Positions 27,183 to 33,982 of a stretch of DNA of 33,982 nucleotides are shown one piece after another (the first letter of the stretch is position 1; each line of letters opens with the position of its first letter). The translations under genes and the position numbers were made by a program. This DNA is from a virus (lineage: Duplodnaviria > Caudoviricetes): positions 1 through 33,982 of the IMG/VR virus record IMGVR_UViG_3300037465_000379. One strand, 5' to 3'. Below the pieces are notes generated by a model, which was not told where the DNA came from, ran no database searches, and saw nothing but the letters and a program-made list of their open reading frames with translations.

Positions 27183-28529
27183 ATGCCGGCAGCACAGCCG
27201 ATGAACCCGAGCCGCCGCAATGCGTTGTTGTGGCTGCCGCGGCGGGAGGCACCGCTGGTGCCGGACGTGATGCTGGATTTCGAGACGGGCGCCGGCATCC
27301 CGCTCGAATTGGGCGGCATCGGCGGACCTGGCTCCGAGCTGGTGCAGGCAACGACGCCGCAGTCCGGGGTCGGGTTCTACAAGCGCGTCGCCAAGGCCTA
27401 CGACCCTGCGTGGCAGGGCTACCCGCTATTCGATTTGAAGCCGGCGAACCAGCTGGTCGGCTGGCCCGGCCCGCGCGCGGGCGGCTACTGGACCGGGCCG
27501 ATGTCGGCGCTGTCCAGCGTCAGCGAGACGGTCTCTGGCTACAACTCGACCACCGATCTGGCCGTTACGCCCGTAGCCGGCGGCGCGGTCGGGCCGGATG
27601 CGATTCGGTGTGATGTTGCCGCGGGGCAGAGTGGCGGCGGGTTGGCATTTTCGCCGAAGCCTACGATGACGTCCGGGTGGTACGTCGGCAGCAGCGGCAC
27701 AATTGTTTATGCGCATGCGGTCGTCGAGATCTTCAGCGACCCAGCAATATTCGAGCCCCGCGTGGGGTTGCGTGACGAAGGGGCCGGGACGTTCATCGAG
27801 ACCACGACGCAGAGCCTTGCCGCCGCAGATGGGCCGCGCTCAGGCAAAGTCCACCGCGGCACCGGCCCGCACGGCGGGCAGCTCTATGAGTGGTGGGGGA
27901 TCGCCCGGCTCCTGACGACGCCGACCGGGCCGTTGGCCGGGTATCTATACCTCCTCAATGCGCCGGCGGCGTCCGGCTTTCCGGCGCGCACAATCATCGT
28001 GCACGGGGTGCAGGTCTATTTTGTGCCGCGCCTGGATACATGGCCGATACATGGCGTGCCGCCATTCTTTTCCTACGCCCGCGGCGCGCCCGTGGTCTGG
28101 ACCGCGGAGAACCTGAATATCAACGGCGTGACTGGGGCGTATTCATTGGGGCTGCGGGGCCGCATAACGGCTTATGATACTCTTGGACTTGCGCTCACTT
28201 ATGCGCGGCTCTTCAGCCGTAATAATAACGCGAATGAAAGCGTTTATACAACGAGCGCGTCCGCGCTTGCAAGCTGGACGCCGTCGTTCACTGTGCCAGG
28301 TTTGGCCGATCGCGCGGTTGTGGCGGTGGACGCCGGTTACGGACGCCGAGCCACAGTGGACGGGGTAGCGGTTGTTGTTGGCAGCGCGTTCTCAACGCCA
28401 GCGCCAGCCCCGCAATACATTTCACTCGGCAGACCGGACGATTACTTCTACGGGCGGTTCCACAAGGCCGCGCTTTGGCGACGCTCGCTGACCGATGCCG
28501 AGATGTTGCAAGCATTCGGAGGGTTGTGA
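27183..28529 (+). CDS. Putative fibre/spike receptor-binding protein with LamG-like C-terminus
   Basis: GGAGG RBS; LDF near the N-terminus; terminal SLG....YFYGRFHKAALWRRSLTDAEM pattern. Visibly more AT-rich codons than neighbouring genes. Confidence 0.65.
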   Translation: MPAAQPMNPSRRNALLWLPRREAPLVPDVMLDFETGAGIPLELGGIGGPGSELVQATTPQSGVGFYKRVAKAYDPAWQGYPLFDLKPANQLVGWPGPRAGGYWTGPMSALSSVSETVSGYNSTTDLAVTPVAGGAVGPDAIRCDVAAGQSGGGLAFSPKPTMTSGWYVGSSGTIVYAHAVVEIFSDPAIFEPRVGLRDEGAGTFIETTTQSLAAADGPRSGKVHRGTGPHGGQLYEWWGIARLLTTPTGPLAGYLYLLNAPAASGFPARTIIVHGVQVYFVPRLDTWPIHGVPPFFSYARGAPVVWTAENLNINGVTGAYSLGLRGRITAYDTLGLALTYARLFSRNNNANESVYTTSASALASWTPSFTVPGLADRAVVAVDAGYGRRATVDGVAVVVGSAFSTPAPAPQYISLGRPDDYFYGRFHKAALWRRSLTDAEMLQAFGGL

Positions 28530-29032
28530 TGCGCGCGTTGGAGCTGATCAACTGCCCCGACCCGCGCGCGACCGTGCGCGCGGCCGTGGGCGCCACCCGT
28601 CGGCTGGCCAGCCTAGCCGAGGCGCTGGCCCCGCGTGAGATCGAGGAGCCGGGCGGGCAGCGCCGGACGGTCGAGCCGACGACGGCCGAGCTGGACGGGG
28701 CCAGGGTCCACGTGATCTCGATCACGCAGGAGCGGCGGGCCGATGAAACCGTTACCGCGCCGCAGGCTGTGGTGATCGTGGACGGCGAGCGCGCCGAGGA
28801 GGTGGTCGAGCTGATCGACGGGGCGCTGGCCGCGCGGGCGAAGGCAACGAAGGCCGACCACTACGAACTGCCGGGCGGGGCACAGGTGGTGCTGGCAGGC
28901 CCCGCGATCGCCGAGACCGGCGCCGCGCCGCGAAAGGCGCGCGCCGCGCGGCTTGCGCGGCTCGAAGCGATCAAGGCAGAGCTGTCGGGCGAGGTGATGA
29001 TCGTCGAGGCTGAGAAGGGGATCGCGCGATGA
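28529..29032 (+). CDS. Hypothetical protein
   Basis: GGAGGG RBS, TGATG coupling to the upstream gene, and typical GC-rich codon usage. Confidence 0.7.
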   Translation: MRALELINCPDPRATVRAAVGATRRLASLAEALAPREIEEPGGQRRTVEPTTAELDGARVHVISITQERRADETVTAPQAVVIVDGERAEEVVELIDGALAARAKATKADHYELPGGAQVVLAGPAIAETGAAPRKARAARLARLEAIKAELSGEVMIVEAEKGIAR

Positions 29033-29085
29033 GCTGGTTCTGGGGTGGTGGCCGCTCACGCGGCAAGAGGCGCCCGGCGCCGTGA
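29029..29085 (+). CDS. Candidate 18-aa micro-ORF MSWFWGGGRSRGKRRPAP
   Basis: ATGA overlap with the upstream stop, GTGA overlap with the downstream start, and GAAGGGG upstream. Confidence 0.45.
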   Translation: MSWFWGGGRSRGKRRPAP

Positions 29086-29459
29086 CAACGCCGCCGTCGT
29101 CCTCCGATCCTGTGGTGGCCGCCATTTCCCGCGAGGTCGGGCAGCTCGCGGCGATCGTTCAGGTGCTGCGCGAGGAGGTGCAGGGAATTCGGCACGATCG
29201 GCACGGCCTGCTGCAGGACGTCGCGGCGCTGCGTCCCTTGCCGAGGATGTTGGCCGACATGAGCAGCGAGCTGCGCACGCTAAGCGACCAGGTCGCCTCG
29301 ATCACCGTCCGCCTCGCAGCGGCGGACGCGGTCCGCGACGATCACGAGAGAGCCGGAGTGTGGGTCCGGTGGGGATTTCCTCTCGTCTGGGCGGCCGTGG
29401 TCGGGGTCTTCGCGTGGTTTGCGACGTGGTGGAACGGAACGAAGGGCGGCGGGAATTGA
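29082..29459 (+). CDS. Coiled-coil protein with one C-terminal TM helix (holin/antiholin-like)
   Basis: Heptad-like N-terminus and hydrophobic WGFPLVWAAVVGVFAWFATWW; directly before the endolysin. Confidence 0.7.
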   Translation: MTTPPSSSDPVVAAISREVGQLAAIVQVLREEVQGIRHDRHGLLQDVAALRPLPRMLADMSSELRTLSDQVASITVRLAAADAVRDDHERAGVWVRWGFPLVWAAVVGVFAWFATWWNGTKGGGN

Positions 29460-30082
29460 GCGAGCCGCGCGGGATCAGGAACAACAACCCGCTCAACGTC
29501 GAGCGGACGGGCCGCGACCGCTGGGTCGGGATGGCCGACGCCCAGACCGACGATCGGTTCGTCGTGTTCACGTCGCCGGAGTGCGGCATCCGGGCAGGAG
29601 CGCTGATCCTGCAGCGCTACCAGGACAAGCACGACCTGCACACGATCCGCGAGATCATCGCCCGCTGGGCGCCGGCGACCGAGAACGACACCAATGCCTA
29701 CGCCGAGGCCGTCGCCCGGCGGGTCGGCGTCAAGCCGGACGATCCGGTCAACGTGCAGGACTACCGCACCGCGCGCGCGATGATCGAGGCGATGATCCGG
29801 CTGGAGAACGGCCGACAGCCCTACCCGCCAAGCGTGATCGACGAGGGGCTGCGGCGCGCCGGCATCGTGCCAGGCCGGCCGCGCTCGATCGCGGCCGCGG
29901 CGCGGACCGACACCGCCACAGGCAGCGTCGCCGCGACCGTGCCCACGGCAGCAGCCGGCGCCGTCGCAGCGGTGGCGCCGCAGCTCTGGGGGCTCGACTG
30001 GCGCGTGGCGGTGGTGGCGATCGTCTCGGTCGCCGTGGTGGCCGTGGTCGCGGTGCTGATCTGGCGCAGCCGGAGGGATTGA
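29456..30082 (+). CDS. Putative endolysin (lysozyme-like RGIRNNNP family) with hydrophobic C-terminal tail
   Basis: PRGIRNNNPLN, F.SPE.GIRA, TIREII.RWAP..ENDT.AY and IRLENG. The TTG start overlaps the upstream stop. C-terminal VAVVAIVSVAVVAVVAVLIWRSRR. Confidence 0.82.
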   Translation: MSEPRGIRNNNPLNVERTGRDRWVGMADAQTDDRFVVFTSPECGIRAGALILQRYQDKHDLHTIREIIARWAPATENDTNAYAEAVARRVGVKPDDPVNVQDYRTARAMIEAMIRLENGRQPYPPSVIDEGLRRAGIVPGRPRSIAAAARTDTATGSVAATVPTAAAGAVAAVAPQLWGLDWRVAVVAIVSVAVVAVVAVLIWRSRRD

Positions 30083-30240
30083 TGGTGGTCTCGCTCGGCG
30101 AGCTGTTCATCCTCTCGCTGGCGTTCGGCGCGGGAGGCGCGGCCGTGGCCGTCGGCGTGCCCGCCTGGGCCGTCATCGGTGCGCCGCTCGCAGTCTGCGC
30201 CGCCGTGCTGATAGTCGAGCTGTCCGGCGGCCGACCGTGA
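30082..30240 (+). CDS. Small two-TM membrane protein (holin candidate)
   Basis: 52 aa, almost entirely hydrophobic; GGAGGG RBS; coupled at both ends. Confidence 0.6.
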   Translation: MVVSLGELFILSLAFGAGGAAVAVGVPAWAVIGAPLAVCAAVLIVELSGGRP

Positions 30241-30488
30241 AGCGGCAATACCGCCACGTCTGGGCCGCCGTCTGGTGGGACGGGCAAACCTGGGTCGCCA
30301 ACACCACCGGGCAGCCCGAGCGTGAGGGATCGGGCGAGACGATCGGCGCCGCGCTGGGCATGCTTGAGGCCGCGCTCGCGGACCGAGCTGCCCACAACCT
30401 CGGCGTGCTCGACGGCACGCCCGACCCGGATCTGCCGTGCTCCTATCTCGTGGCGCGCGTGCGCGTACGCGCGCCGGGCGTGTCATGA
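30237..30488 (+). CDS. Small protein with HicB-like (partial RNase H fold) pattern
   Basis: VWAAVWWDGQTWVA....P..EGSGETIGAALGMLEAAL; GTGA and ATGA overlaps on both sides. Confidence 0.6.
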   Translation: MKRQYRHVWAAVWWDGQTWVANTTGQPEREGSGETIGAALGMLEAALADRAAHNLGVLDGTPDPDLPCSYLVARVRVRAPGVS

Positions 30489-30886
30489 TCGGCTGGGCGC
30501 TCGGGCTCGCCCGCGGGCTGCTCGGTGGCGGCGCGGCGTGGCTGCCGGTCGCCATCATCGTGCTCGCCGTGGCCGGCGGGCTCGGGCTCGGCTGGTGGCG
30601 CCTTGAGGCGGCCCGAGCGGATGCCGCCGCCGCCCGCGCCGCACGCGACCAGGCGATCGCCGCCGAGGCGGTCGCGCGGGCCGAGCGGGATCAGGCACGG
30701 GCGGCCCTCGCCCGTGGCGAGCAGGAGCGCACCCGCGCCCGCGAGGCTGCCCGTGCTGCCGAGGCGCGCAGCACGACGATCAGGCGCGAGGTCGAGGCAA
30801 TGCGGAAGCGCTTGGCAACGGTGGCCGACGGTCGCGCCCGGTGCGAGGGCGCGCTCAATGAGATCAGGCGGGAGATGGGCAGATGA
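30485..30886 (+). CDS. Inner-membrane spanin (Rz-like)
   Basis: N-terminal TM (WLPVAIIVLAVAGGLGLGWW), long Ala/Arg coiled coil and a Cys near the C-terminus. Confidence 0.75.
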   Translation: MIGWALGLARGLLGGGAAWLPVAIIVLAVAGGLGLGWWRLEAARADAAAARAARDQAIAAEAVARAERDQARAALARGEQERTRAREAARAAEARSTTIRREVEAMRKRLATVADGRARCEGALNEIRREMGR

Positions 30887-31134
30887 TGGCGCGCATCGCA
30901 GCCGCGCTGCTGCTGGTCCTGCTGATCGGCGCGTGTGCCGGGTCGCCGCGCGTGGTCGAGATCGCGCCGCTGCTCGCCTGTCCGGTCGTAGACGGCAGCC
31001 TCTGGCAGGCAGGCGCCCTGCCCGACGGCCTGCCCGCCGATCCAGCCGACGCGGTGCTCGCGCTCTGGCGCGCCTATCTTGAGCGTGGCGCCGCCCTGGA
31101 CGCCATCCACCAGCAGCTTGATGGCGGGCGGTAG
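30883..31134 (+). CDS. Outer-membrane spanin lipoprotein (Rz1-like)
   Basis: Signal peptide with lipobox LIGAC and a Pro-rich mature part; ATGA overlap with the Rz-like gene. Confidence 0.75.
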   Translation: MMARIAAALLLVLLIGACAGSPRVVEIAPLLACPVVDGSLWQAGALPDGLPADPADAVLALWRAYLERGAALDAIHQQLDGGR

Positions 31135-31250
31135 GTCAGCCGCGCCGATCGCCGTCGGCCGCGGGACGAGCGGATCGCGGCGCTGGAGGCGACCGCGGCC
31201 ATGCTCACGCCCGTCGCCCTCGCCTACGCAACCCCCGAACCTGGGAGCCC

Positions 31251-32231
31251 GTGATACCGGGACGTCGTAACCTCTTGATCGCCGGGGCCGCAGGGCTCGC
31301 CGCCGCAGCGCTGCCGCGGGCCGCCGCCGGGCAGTTGTTCACGCCCACATGCAAGCAGACCGACAAGCGCCCAGCCGTGAAGCCGGGCAAGCCGTGGGTC
31401 AAGCAAGCCTGCCGCACCTACAACGTCGTGGGTGAGTACGGCTCGGGCATCTGGACCAGCCCGACCCGGCTCCTCAACTGGACGCAGCGCAAGGGCGTCG
31501 TCTACCGCCGCGAAATCAACACCAACCCCGGCGGGGCGATCGCCGTTCGGACGGCGGAGATCGCCTGCACGTTCAACCGGGGCGCCTCCGGCGCGCCCTA
31601 CACCAACTGGCGGGCGGTCGGCGTGGCGTTGCACCCCGCCAACCTCAACCAGGCGCTGTTGATCGGCGAGCTGATGGACACCTACGACGGCGGCGAGTAC
31701 CGCGCCGAGTGGTGGGCGACCTCGACCGACCAGGGCCGCGTCTGGACGATCGGTGGGCCGGTGGTCCTGCCCGACGTGCCGGTGGCGCCGGTGTGGCAGG
31801 CGACTTCGGGGCTGGCCTGGCTGCCGGATGGCCGGCGCATCTGGATGACGCCGGGCGCGGGGGCGCCGACGCGGGTGAACGTCTACGAGAGCCGCGACGG
31901 GCGGACGTGGTCGCTGCTTGCGGCCAACGTCTGGCCGTGGTCGGAGGACACGGCCCAGTTCCTCTCGCTGGCCGTCACGCCGGCGGCCTGGCATGCGGTG
32001 GCGTTGAACGCCTGGCACCAGCAGAACAGCCTCCGGCGGGTCCGCCACGCGGTCTCGACCGACGGCGGCCGGTCCTGGCGCAAGCGCTACAATGACATTG
32101 CGACCGGCTCCGGCCCGTTCGCGATGGTCGGAAACTCGGAACTCAAGGCGCCGATCATCTCGGCGCACCCGGACGGCGTCCTCGCGGGCTGGTACGGCGG
32201 GCAGGTGGCCTGGCGGCACGCGGCGCCCTGA
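31251..32231 (+). CDS. Tat-signal, Asp-box (BNR) repeat beta-propeller protein, sialidase-like fold
   Basis: GRRNLL, h-region and AAA cleavage site; Asp-boxes STDQGRVW, SRDGRTW and STDGGRSW; GGAG RBS before GTG. Confidence 0.8.
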   Translation: MIPGRRNLLIAGAAGLAAAALPRAAAGQLFTPTCKQTDKRPAVKPGKPWVKQACRTYNVVGEYGSGIWTSPTRLLNWTQRKGVVYRREINTNPGGAIAVRTAEIACTFNRGASGAPYTNWRAVGVALHPANLNQALLIGELMDTYDGGEYRAEWWATSTDQGRVWTIGGPVVLPDVPVAPVWQATSGLAWLPDGRRIWMTPGAGAPTRVNVYESRDGRTWSLLAANVWPWSEDTAQFLSLAVTPAAWHAVALNAWHQQNSLRRVRHAVSTDGGRSWRKRYNDIATGSGPFAMVGNSELKAPIISAHPDGVLAGWYGGQVAWRHAAP

Positions 32232-32427
32232 CGCCATTCGCGGAGATGCCGGTCTGTCAGCCGGGCACGCTGCGCGGCAGCGCGGACCTGGGCAGCGCGA
32301 TCATGCCCCTGCTACCCTACCTGCTGCGACCCGGCACGCTCCCCGCCCCCCCCGTCGGCCGCCGCCCCGGCCCGGCTGGAGGCGCCAGAGCCGCCGGAGG
32401 CCGCCGCCTCGACCCGGAGCCCGTCAC

Positions 32428-32530
32428 GGAGGCCCCAAATCGCCCCGTAGGGCCCCGATCCGGGGGGGGCGGTGGTTTTAAGGTAGCGGGGCGGGGCGAT
32501 CGTGACCCTACGCGCCCCGCAGGCGCCCTG
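32428..32530 (+). repeat. Dispersed imperfect palindromic element, copy 3
   Basis: cgccccgtagggccccgatc...GGTAGC(32482)-10nt-GATCGtgaccctacgcgccccgcaggcgccctg. 32441-32460 matches the reverse complement of 14562-14581 at 19/20 positions. Confidence 0.75.
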
Positions 32531-32562
32531 GCGACGGGGTCGCCGAGGAGGCACGGACGCCC

Positions 32563-32823
32563 ATGTCGGACCCATCGCGTCGCTGGCCGTGGCGGTACCT
32601 GACCGTCGCGCTGCAGCCCCTGCCGCAGGGCTGGCGGGCCCGGCTCACCGCGCACCCCGAGGTCGTCGTCGACGGGCCGGGCCCGGGCGAGGCGCTCCTG
32701 GCGCTGCAGGAGGAGGTGACCCGCCGCGCCGCCGCAGGCCAGCGCCTGGAGGCCGGCACGGATACCGCCCTCCTCGACGCCCCCTACCTCCTGGGCCGGG
32801 TTCGCCTGCCGATCGGCGATTGA
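32563..32823 (+). CDS. Small protein with HicB-like pattern (second copy)
   Basis: GAGGAGG RBS; YLTVALQPLPQGWRARLTAHPEVVVDGPGPGEALLALQEEV. Confidence 0.65.
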   Translation: MSDPSRRWPWRYLTVALQPLPQGWRARLTAHPEVVVDGPGPGEALLALQEEVTRRAAAGQRLEAGTDTALLDAPYLLGRVRLPIGD

Positions 32824-32894
32824 CCGGAGCCATGCGCCGGACGCATGCCCGCACCGTCAACTACGCAATGGTCGCCCGCCGCCGGGTCGGGTAG

Positions 32895-33330
32895 GACTGC
32901 CGGCGTCGATCGGCCCCACCGCGCGGGACGCGCGGCCGGCGTAAGGCGCCGGGGGCACGGACTTGCACCGTGCCCGAATGGAGACCGAAGCGGCGGCCGG
33001 TGAGAGCAACAGCCGGTCGTGCAGCAGGCTCCACCGAAAGGCGAACAGGCCCGCGACCGGGCGGGCACGGAAGGCTGCGGCTGGGGCCGGTTCGGCCACC
33101 CCAGCCGGAAGCGCAACGGGACGCCGGCGCGCAAGCCGTAAAGCCCTGAAGCCTCGACGGAGGATCGCCCGCGGGTGCTGGTCACGCCTGACGGGTGTAC
33201 GCGGACCCCCGGTCGCCCGCCGGGCGGCCCATTCGAGGGCCGGAACCCACCACAGCGTGCTCGGCTACCTGGTCGGGAGGGCATCTGGGCTGCAGCGGGC
33301 GGCGGGTGGCGACACCCGCCGCCTTCGCTC
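32895..33330 (+). ncRNA. Candidate large structured non-coding RNA, family not recognised
   Basis: About ten consecutive stems, long-range helix 32899-32907/33120-33128, GNRA- and UUCG-containing loops, G-U pairs consistent with the + strand, and no credible ORF. Confidence 0.65.
33298..33323 (+). terminator. Strong hairpin (3' end of the candidate RNA or terminator-like)
   Basis: GGCGGCGGGTG-GCGA-CACCCGCCGCC is a perfect 11-bp stem with a GNRA loop. Only a short TT follows, so intrinsic termination is uncertain. Confidence 0.5.
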
Positions 33331-33437
33331 ATGCTGTGACACCCCCCCCGACAAAAACGCAATGGTCGAGGCCCATGCCCTCGCTTAACGTCCACGCGCC
33401 GCCCGGAGTGATTGGGCGGGGCAAGGATGGCAAGGAC

Positions 33438-33866
33438 ATGAAGCCCAAGCCCGACGCATTGCGCCGCGCCACCGCCAAGGCAGCGGCGACCGTGCTGATC
33501 GCCGCCGGAGCGGTGGCGGCCGCACACCACTACGGCCAGCGCGCCGCCGCGGCGGCGCAGGACGAATGCCGCACGGTTAGCGACGCCGTGATGGCGTTCA
33601 TCAAGACGCGCTCCGTGATGCCGGCCGACGGCGAGTTGCACGTCGCCATATGGAGGCACCGCCGCGGAAGCCGCATCGTGCTGCTGATCAACCCCAGCGA
33701 TGCAACCGGTGAGATCCTGCACGTCCTGGACGACGATGCGGGCGTCGGGATCGAGCATCTGATCACATGCTTCTCGGTCCCGGTTTACGACGCCGGCGTC
33801 GCCGGCAAATCGCCGCCCGCGGCGCGCAACCTCGTGCCGCGTGACGGCAAGAGATCGACGCGCTGA
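33438..33866 (+). CDS. Hypothetical exported or membrane-anchored protein
   Basis: AAGGA upstream; basic N-terminus then hydrophobic AAATVLIAAGAVAAA; two Cys in the mature part. The start is uncertain (alternative ATG 33375). Confidence 0.55.
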   Translation: MKPKPDALRRATAKAAATVLIAAGAVAAAHHYGQRAAAAAQDECRTVSDAVMAFIKTRSVMPADGELHVAIWRHRRGSRIVLLINPSDATGEILHVLDDDAGVGIEHLITCFSVPVYDAGVAGKSPPAARNLVPRDGKRSTR

Positions 33867-33982
33867 GCGCGTTGCTCAGCCTGAATGCACCCTGGGCAGG
33901 TCGACCCGCTCGTCCAGGGCGCGCGCGAGCCGGTCGACGAGCCGCGCGAGCCGTACGGTCGCCTCCCAGGTGGCGCGCCGCT

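Noticed and set aside
27201-27245. Twin-arginine-like SRRNALL at the start of the fibre gene
   Set aside because: No hydrophobic h-region or cleavage site follows, and the context is virion structural.
27183-28529. Possible diversity-generating retroelement target in the AT-richer fibre gene
   Set aside because: I saw no second near-identical copy differing at adenines (TR/VR pair), no reverse transcriptase in the window, and no CLec-type ending.
32246-32602. 118-aa ORF after the Asp-box gene
   Set aside because: It is Pro/Gly/Arg-rich, runs through palindromic element copy 3 and overlaps the better-supported 32563 gene.
32953-32975. Stem with a 7-nt loop containing TTGCA, resembling a tRNA anticodon arm
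   Set aside because: There is no D-arm, TTC-containing T-arm or acceptor stem at tRNA spacing, so I treated it as one helix of the larger candidate RNA.
32784-33758. ORFs 32784-33758 (-), 32963-33388 (+) and the 5' extension of 33195-33866 across the structured region
   Set aside because: The translations are low-complexity with no RBS or codon bias. The region is better explained by RNA structure.
1-33982. Gene transfer agent or contractile-tail element
   Set aside because: The lambda GpA terminase, gpW, lambda portal, gpD and gpE head differ from the HK97-type RcGTA head, and there are no sheath or baseplate wedge genes.

Overview
A very GC-rich, nearly complete late (morphogenesis and lysis) region of a lambda-like siphovirus or prophage. 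The gene families suggest an alphaproteobacterial host, which is inference. The + strand order is: terminase small and large (GpA type), ParB-fused DNA methyltransferase, gpW, lambda-type portal, S49 protease/scaffold, head decoration protein, gpE-type major capsid, head-tail connectors, tail tube, tail chaperones with a -1 frameshift, tape measure, tail tip (Dit, DUF1833-like, NlpC/P60, TipJ), five accessory appendage genes including a GH26-like hydrolase, and a lysis cassette with spanins. An antisense three-gene cassette (amidoligase, gamma-glutamylcyclotransferase, small protein) interrupts the head operon. The most notable unexplained signals are: (i) a ~430-nt densely base-paired region at ~32895-33330 that looks like a large structured ncRNA; (ii) a ~100-bp imperfect palindrome with a GGTAGC core in three dispersed copies; (iii) two orphan HicB-fold proteins; (iv) a Tat-exported Asp-box propeller; (v) a shared IPGxAIxG peptide at opposite termini of two adjacent appendage proteins. 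I saw no integrase, repressor, tRNA, CRISPR array or reverse transcriptase. All family calls are motif recognition by eye, not database results.
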